Positions 56,370-64,000 of a DNA stretch of 64,000 bases are shown one piece after another. Made by a program: the position numbers and the translations under genes. Source of the stretch: Blastocystis sp. Blastoise (Eukaryota > Protista > Bigyra: Opalinata). The stretch's first letter is position 1; each line of letters begins with the position of its first letter. The notes beneath the pieces were generated by a model. The model worked only from the letters and a program-made list of their open reading frames with translations, was not told the DNA's origin and searched no databases. The DNA is taken from assembly GCA_039096225.1 (NCBI GenBank), contig JBBPEB010000009.1, forward strand, positions 930,001-994,000, in the 5' to 3' direction.

Positions 56370-59104
56370 TCAATCGAGTTTCTTTTTCTTTAATTTATCT
56401 ATATATAATTAAGAATAGATTCTATATTATGTGAATTATGAATATAATACTTATAATATACATACGCTCTAAAACAGTAGTTATAAGTGATGAAGAATCA
56501 ATGATATCAGAAGTTAATCCAATTGTCATTTGGGTTGTTGGATTAATAGTGTTTCTGTATTTGTTTTTTATATACACGAGATGACTGAAACCGCTCTCAC
56601 AGAGATATGAAGTTGCAAAGGGAAGAAAACATTTCTTGGCTATATCATATAATAATGGAAAACGACTCTTATGGCTTATATAGAACTCATCTATTGGTAC
56701 GTTATTAAATTCTTCTCTACATGTTTTATCAGCAAGTAAACAGAAATACTCTTCTTTAACATGAAACTCCATTTTATTTTCGTCAGCTACTTTTGAAAAT
56801 GGATTAGTAATCCAATATAAAGAATGATCAATAAGATTAGTTGTTGGTGTATTTTTTGGTTTTTTTATGTTACTATTCGTTTTCTTCTGCTTTTTATTCT
56901 TTTGTACTTCTCCTTGATTTGTATTATTACTTATTTCATTTGGAATGATTGCCCCAAGAGTTATTATACAATTGATATTAGCCTGAATTATATTTATATT
57001 ACTAATGATTCCATTGTATTGTCCTTGAATACTACTATTAGGGAAATTATTAAGAACACCAGAAATACTACCTAAAGTGTATCCATATACTAAATATGGA
57101 AAGTCAATTCTAATCGTTACTTGAGTTTCTATTAATTGCTGAGTAACTATGTCAACATAGGTTATTAAGCCATTTACAACTCCATTTGGAGATACGCAAC
57201 CTTGTAATGATCCAAGAATATTAAATTGGTTTGATACTACTGATGTATTGTTATTAACATTACTATTCACTTCATGAGATATATTTGATGTATTATGTGT
57301 ATTTTCTTGGTCTATTAAATATTCATTAAGGTCTTGAAGATACGATTCATCACTACCAATATAATTTAGTATTTCTGGGAAATAATTCAGTAAATTACGT
57401 CGAAGAGTTATTAGATGATTTTTGATATAAAATATGATTGAATTAATATCAAGCTTGGTTGTAGATACATAATCCTTAAGTTTCGTAAATGATGAATAAT
57501 CGTTATTATTTATTAGTCTTTCTAATCTCAACGATAATTTTATAAATAAATCCTTCATAATGTCTATTAACCCAAATATATATCTATGCTGTCCTTGCAT
57601 TGATTTATTACAATCATAGAATAAACTGGTAACATCCTCAAGGTATAACATTGAAGCTATGAAGTTAGTATCAATAATGGTGTTATATAAGTCCTTCTTT
57701 TCTTTATCCTTTTTTATTACTAGTGTTATTCCATTTCTAAGTAAATTAAATCTTTTAATTGATGAATGGCATGAAAGCCATCTTGTAGGGCAATAAAGGA
57801 GAAGTTTATAACTTCTAATATTTTTTTCCTTTTTTTCTTCCTTCTTATCATTACTATAAACTTCATGAATATTATTATCTATATTATTATCTGTATCAGA
57901 TGTATCTAAAAGGGATTCAACTACTTTATTATATTCTATCTCTAAAGAAGATATATTATTAGGGGAATCAGGTATGTTATCTTGAGGAGAGAAGATAGAA
58001 GAGGTTAATGAATATTCATTATCAATATTGTAATTATTGGATTCGTCTTGTCTAACAGCAGACTTCTTTATATATGAAATTATCTCAACAGCACTTTTGA
58101 ATATATTAGTGAAGTATTTTGGTAAACAGTTTACACAGAGTTCTTCTCTATGAAGAAAACAGTGGATGAACATACAATTCTTATTCTTCTCTAGTACTCG
58201 TGTTTTGAAGGAGTTTTTGTCTCCATTCATATTCGAAGCACCGTCAAAAGTAGCTGATACGCAATTATTCCACAGAAGGTTATTATTATTAAAGAAATTA
58301 TCTACCATGTTAAATATATTATCACCTGTTTTGGAACTAATCTGAAAAATACTTAAAAATGATTCAGTAAACTTTTTATTATATTCGTATCTAGCATAAA
58401 CGAGTAAATAGGATTTCATTTCTATGTCAGTTGACTCGTCAAGCTGAATAGAAAATGATCCTGATTGTCTTATCCTATTTATTACTTCTTGTTGAATTGT
58501 CAAAGCAATTTCATCACTTTTTCTTTTGATACTGCTTGAGGATAACGGAAGATTAGAAAGGACTTTGACATTCTTTAACCTTTCATATTCTTCAATAATA
58601 GGTTTAACTAATTTTTCTCCAGTTCTGTAGCTGTATCCATTCTTTGAAATGGAGTAGGCGATGAAATATGAAAGCTTACTGGATAAATCTGAAAAGCTAA
58701 AGAGAGAATTTGAGTATTCTGTGTTTTCATTATGATCTTTTAAGAGTTCTTGAATGTCATCATATGTGTATTTGCTTAACCCATGTTTATTCTTGAAATG
58801 AGTGAAGAGTTTTGAGGCTTCATAACCTTTACACGTGAGAGTAGACTCACAGATTAAACAAAAATAGGAGTTTTTTGTTAATTTTTTAAATCCATAAACA
58901 ACTGGATTGGCATTATATCTTTTAACTCCTTCTTTTACTTCACTATAATATTTGGATTTAGGATTAATATCTGGTTTATTATTCGTTTCTTCTGTAATTA
59001 TGTCATCATCTTTTTTTTTTTCGTCTGTTGTAGACTTGTCAATCTATATATATATATATATATTACTATTAATATACTTGTAATTTTTTAAAGTACTGTT
59101 CCAT
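56370..59104 (-). CDS. hAT transposase (Buster/ZBED5-like), apparently intact, 3 exons
   Basis: MEQYFKKLQ, intron 59077-59044, then BED finger CLIC..HFKNKH, LPLS, QLDESTD, TFDGASNM, HCFLHRE, TRWLS, LPFATSYLCESGFS. Probable short last exon ..KKKLD*. The frame is open from 59043 through the listed ORF. Confidence 0.93.
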
Positions 59105-59367
59105 GTATTTAAACAATAAAAAAAGTTTATCTAATATAGAATGTTCTTTTTGGTTTAGCAAAACATTTTCCCTTATATTTTTGTTTTTCCCGTGTTTTCA
59201 TCACTTAAAATAACTATGAAAATCACGGTAATAAAAAAGTAACTTTGTTATTTAAGCGCAAAAATTTTGGTCCTTTCGCTTAACGAGTAACTACGTGGTG
59301 ACCCCTGTTGTCATTTCCGACTTGTGTCTGTTTAACAGAAAACACTGAATGATTCTCTTTTTATTCT

Positions 59368-59403
59368 CCAATCATTCTGAGGTCTCTGCTGACGTCAGCC
59401 AAT
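59368..59403. promoter_or_regulatory. CCAAT boxes and palindromic CRE-like site GCTGACGTCAGC
   Basis: CCAAT at 59368 and 59399; 12-bp palindrome at 59388-59399. Lies ~180-215 bp upstream of the paralog A ATG once the hAT is removed. Confidence 0.45.
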
Positions 59404-59434
59404 TCTTTTGAGCAATCATCAATCTCCAGATTAT

Positions 59435-62218
59435 CTGTCAAACGCGTATTGTTTTTTTCTCAAACGCGTATTTTCTCAAGATTATTTTCTAAAATAAAAG
59501 AATAACTGTGATATTTTTTTCTTAGCTATATAACTTTTTATGTCAAGCTTCAGTGCTATTACACACAACATATGATTAAATATTTCATTAGTGCCTTATG
59601 AAGAAGAAAAATAAGAGTCAAATTGTATTCATTTCAAGGGTGTACTCTGTCAAACTTTGTTAGGTCATTCTGATTTCGTAAATACACATAGAGAATGAGT
59701 TCTGACATAATCTTGTCGACAAATAAGTCTTTGAAACTGTCTTCTAGGTCGTGATACTGAACTTCATATTCTTTGTTTGTTTTAATTTATTATGATTTAC
59801 TTTCTACAGAGTACTTTAAATATATTGTAATGACTTAAAAGCTAAATATATGAGATAAAATTTTGAATGGGTTGAAATCCCTATTATAAATAATCAGATT
59901 CTTCTCAAATTGATTTCAACTATTGTACTATGATTAAATGATTGAACTAATTAATAAAATAAATAAAACAATAAATATATTTGTCATGTCATAATTTCTA
60001 TTTTCAGGTTTCTGTCTTTTATTTCAGACAGTCATATTTTTATTTTTAGGTTGCATATGACGTGAATATTTTTCATAATAATTTTTGTAGATTATAAAAT
60101 ATTTTATAATTATTAGAATTGTAAATGATTAACTTCCAATATCATCAAACTAAAAATAATTATATTTTCTTGAGTACCAAATACTTTTGACTACAACAAT
60201 AAGCAAAAAACATAAAAATTAGTTCTTCATAGTTTATTAACACTAAACAGAAAATTTGATTTATTATGGATTTGCAAGCGTCTAGTTTCACCAAATTGAT
60301 TTATTTATAATTTTAATTTATAGTTATAAGATATATGTTATGTGAACTTTAATATTATGTTAATAAATATCTTTTTAATATTTTCCTTATGGAGAAAAAT
60401 AATCATTTTCAATTGACGTTAAAGTGTTTTTCTAAAAAAGGGTTGTTACACTTAGTGATAGTTCTTGATAATTATTGAATTAAAAACAAAAAAAATATAT
60501 TCTTATATATTTAACACTCTCTTATATAAATATTCAAATGATATTTTAAAAAACAAATAATTCTTACTGGTATAAAGAAAGCTGCTAAAAGAAAGAAAAA
60601 GCCAAAAAAAAAATGATTTTTTTCTGTTATTAATTAATGTCAGGTTACCTATCTCTTCATGTAGATTGGGAACAGTTTATATATATTAAATTAGTACAAT
60701 GTTAAGTATCTCTATTTAGTAAAATATAGATTTATATATAAATATTTTAATATTTATTAACACAAAAGAAATTATATGTATATGGCTTTTTGAGTTTTTT
60801 ACACTTTTTTCTTTTTTCCCATATTGAAAAATAGAAATTCAAAAGTATGTGCAGTTTCAAACTGTTTATATGCTTGCTATTACATTATGATAGTGAAAAT
60901 TCTAGAATCAATACATTATGATACAACACAATGAAATGCATTTTTTTCATACTTTTTGACAATAAAGTAATATAAATTATAAATAAATTTCAGAATTTTA
61001 AATTATTTAAAAATGATAGATATTCGACTATAGTTGCAAAAAATATAATAAAGAGAAATAAACACATAAAGAAAACATATATATATTTGACATAATATAC
61101 ATTTTTTAAAAACTCGTTTTAGGGTATTGTTATCATGCCCTTGAATCAATAAATATTTCATTAATTGTTTTCAAGGTTTATATATATAATATAGATTGAT
61201 AGATGCATAATATACCAAAATTTCAATACTCTGTGACTTATTATTAACCGTCAAAATATCATAGTTAGTTAGTGTTTTTATGAAAAACAATAAAAAATGT
61301 AAAAAAAAATAAAATCCTCTTTTTGAAACACTAAATTTAATTTCAAATATTTTAATATAAATAATATAAATAAGCACGGCTTATATTTTATACATATATA
61401 AAAATAGAAACTAGTTAATCATTCTATGAACTTCAGTAATCAGGAATATTCATGGAGTAAAGGAATGAGTGTGAAATTTTTTGTTGTCTTTTTCATTATT
61501 CTTAATTTTTATTATATGTTTATACATAGATATTATTTTATAAATAACTTGACATATTATTTCTTTAACTAATTTATTTTATGAGTAGGATTGTTAACTC
61601 AATATATAAAACTATAAAAAACAGTTGTTAATTGTGTGTCTAAAGGTAGTGTATTTCTTAATGTTAAGTGATTATTTTATCATTTATATTAGTCTTGATT
61701 TAGGGTTGATTATAATATCCAACAAATAATGATTTTTAATGATAATAATATGAGAATTAGCACTAAATTATTGATAAGATATTACTAATTTTTAAGATAG
61801 ATACGTTAACAATAATTGCAGACGATATAGACCTCATTTATGTTGTAATAGACTAATTTTGAAAGAACATTATTCAAGTGATACTTGCTCAAACTCATTT
61901 GAGTGAAAATTATTTGTATATTCTTGAAGATAAACATATTCTTATATATTTTTTAGATTAACTCTTTTTAATAAGTCGCTCTTGTCATTAAAAAAGTTGG
62001 TACTATAAAATAAGACGAGCAACTTTGTGTACTGATTTTTCATTGTGTATTATGTGTATACACTTCATATTTATGAAGTAGTCTCTGATAGATTAGAAAA
62101 GAGTTTATGCAAAAAATTATTTAAAAAAAATAAATATCAACTGAGTTCAACCAAAAACAAAATACACACAAAAACATAAAAATACGCGTTTGAGAAAAAA
62201 ACAATACGCGTTTGACAG
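59435..62218. mobile_element. Non-autonomous TIR DNA transposon (2.8 kb)
   Basis: Perfect 40-bp TIRs CTGTCAAACGCGTATTGTTTTTTTCTCAAACGCGTATTTT (59435-59474; 62179-62218), flanked by a TTAT duplication (59431-59434; 62219-62222). No ORF. Confidence 0.9.
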
Positions 62219-62483
62219 TTATTGATTCGCTGAACTATTTCTAACGGATTCATTAGCAAATGAAAAACGGTTTCCCTGTTGAAATTTTTTTTAAAAATGA
62301 ATTTTATTCATAATAATTTGTATAATGGTTTTTTTTATGTATTAGATAAACAAAACAAGATCTATAAAACACAGATAAAGAAATATATTGTTTTCCTACA
62401 ATACATGAAACATAACAAATAGTGACTAGTGAAAATAATATAAAAAAGCCACAATTCAACGGAATTGAAATTTATTTAGAAGA

Positions 62484-63999
62484 TTATTGTTGCTCTGTGG
62501 TGATGTTTGGTGATAAAGAAGTGATGCTATTGTCAGGAACTGTTGTTGCTTTCTCGTTTTCAGTGACAGGATTAACAGCAATTGTTGTCATTTCTATAGA
62601 CTGTTCACCTTTCTTTTCTTGATTTAAATCATTATTATTTACGTTTTCTTTTTCTTTCATTTCAGGATCTACAGGAGATAATTTCATATTTCTATGTTTA
62701 ACCTATATAAAATTATTTTATATAGAAATTGAATTTAGAATATGATTGAGATATTTAATAGATATTAAAATATAAAGTAGTAAATGAAAACCATAGAATT
62801 ATATACTCTTAATCTCCATTGAATGAAATAATAAGAAGGAAGACTCCAAATTAGAACACCTGCACAGAAACCAATAAAACAACATAAATATGGATCCAGT
62901 TTTGCATATACATATAATAAAGAAGTTACATAACAATATATACTATTCCTATAGTAAGATAAACATTATATTAATGTTGATATTATAAATAGAATTATTA
63001 TTATTATTATTATTATTATTAATAATTATAATAATTATTATTATAATATAAATATAATATTAAAATAATATTACAATAATATTCATATAATTATAAATAA
63101 AATTTAATTAAAAAAAAATACATAAATAATAATAAAAATATACGCTGGGTTTCCGAGAATAAGAGGTCCAATGGATCCACGAACAACCTCATCATCTTGA
63201 GCTAAAGAAACAGATACCATCGTAACACTTAGAATAATAGGAAATGCAGAGAATAATCCTGCATATCCACTACTACCAAGTTGAGATATAATTAATGCAA
63301 TAAAAATAACAGCAGCAACTACTAAACCTCTAGCTATATGTGTCCAAATACTCACTTTTTTCTTTCCTTTAGGAGATTCAGGAGGTACCCAACATATACA
63401 TACTCCAACTACCATAATAATTAATGTTAATATAGGACTTAATACAATAATAGGTATTCCCCATATAGGTAACATAGTCTGTAACCAAGTGAAAAATATA
63501 CCTACAATAGACCATGCTAATATAGCTATAATTAAAGTCATAGTTAATCTCCACCCACGAGGTATTTTCTTTGATAATAATCCAGGTACATAAAACCATA
63601 CAGGAAGATATACACAACCAGAACAAAATGCACCTAAAATTGTATAAAATTCATTATTTATATTTTTAAGCTTTATTTAAATAATCATGAATATAATTTA
63701 TAAAAACAAAAATATATATATTTATAATAACTAATAAAAAAAAATTTATATAATAAGAATTAATAAAAAATTAATTTACCTATAGAAAAAGCAAATACAC
63801 CTCCTAAGGAATCATCATCAGTTTTACCATCTGTCATAATAGCAAATGAAGATGGAATGACTGTATTCGGTGCAGAACCAAGGATACCTCCAACAGATCC
63901 TCCAAAGATTTCAATAGAAAAACAAATAAATATAGAAATAAAAAAGGCAACTGTTGAGGAAGTTCCAATTTTAACCCAATTGAGATCTGCAATATTCAT
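62484..63999 (-). CDS. Multi-pass membrane protein, paralog B (4 exons; start at window edge)
   Basis: LNWVKIG..GGSVGGILGSAP..PKGKKK..AGLFSAFP..AQDDEVVRGSIGPLILG, colinear with paralog A. Confidence 0.8.
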
Positions 64000-64000
64000 G

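Overview
Very AT-rich, intron-dense eukaryotic (protist) genomic DNA using the standard genetic code. The gene and intron style suggests a Blastocystis-like stramenopile, but this is inference only. Most ORF-track entries are single exons or microsatellite artefacts; joining exons by hand gives about 18 host genes: PP1-like phosphatase, TOM1/THH1-like membrane protein, lysine-less class V aminotransferase homologue, MFS transporter, RPS18, CFAP20, THTPA, B-box protein, NSA2, mL40, DNAJC21, FAAL-ACP, RAD17, nucleoplasmin-FKBP, two hypotheticals, and two paralogous multi-pass membrane proteins. Three mobile elements have resolvable ends. (1) A 1.8-kb non-autonomous Helitron (968-2768) containing a perfectly paired tRNA-like cloverleaf. 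(2) A 16.15-kb hAT (Buster/Charlie type) element (43156-59307, 8-bp TSD TTGTCATT) with an apparently intact transposase plus cargo: an intron-containing UTP20 pseudo-fragment, two tRNA-like Pol III units and a decayed Ty3/gypsy pol. (3) A 2.8-kb non-autonomous TIR element (59435-62218, TSD TTAT). The most unusual signals are three U12-type AT-AC introns (two in the FAAL-ACP gene), introns consisting of nothing but G(TA)nG, a strong frame-independent enrichment of CCGCGG sites inside exons, and a ~190-aa insertion in the transposase. All gene models are manual and not transcript-verified.
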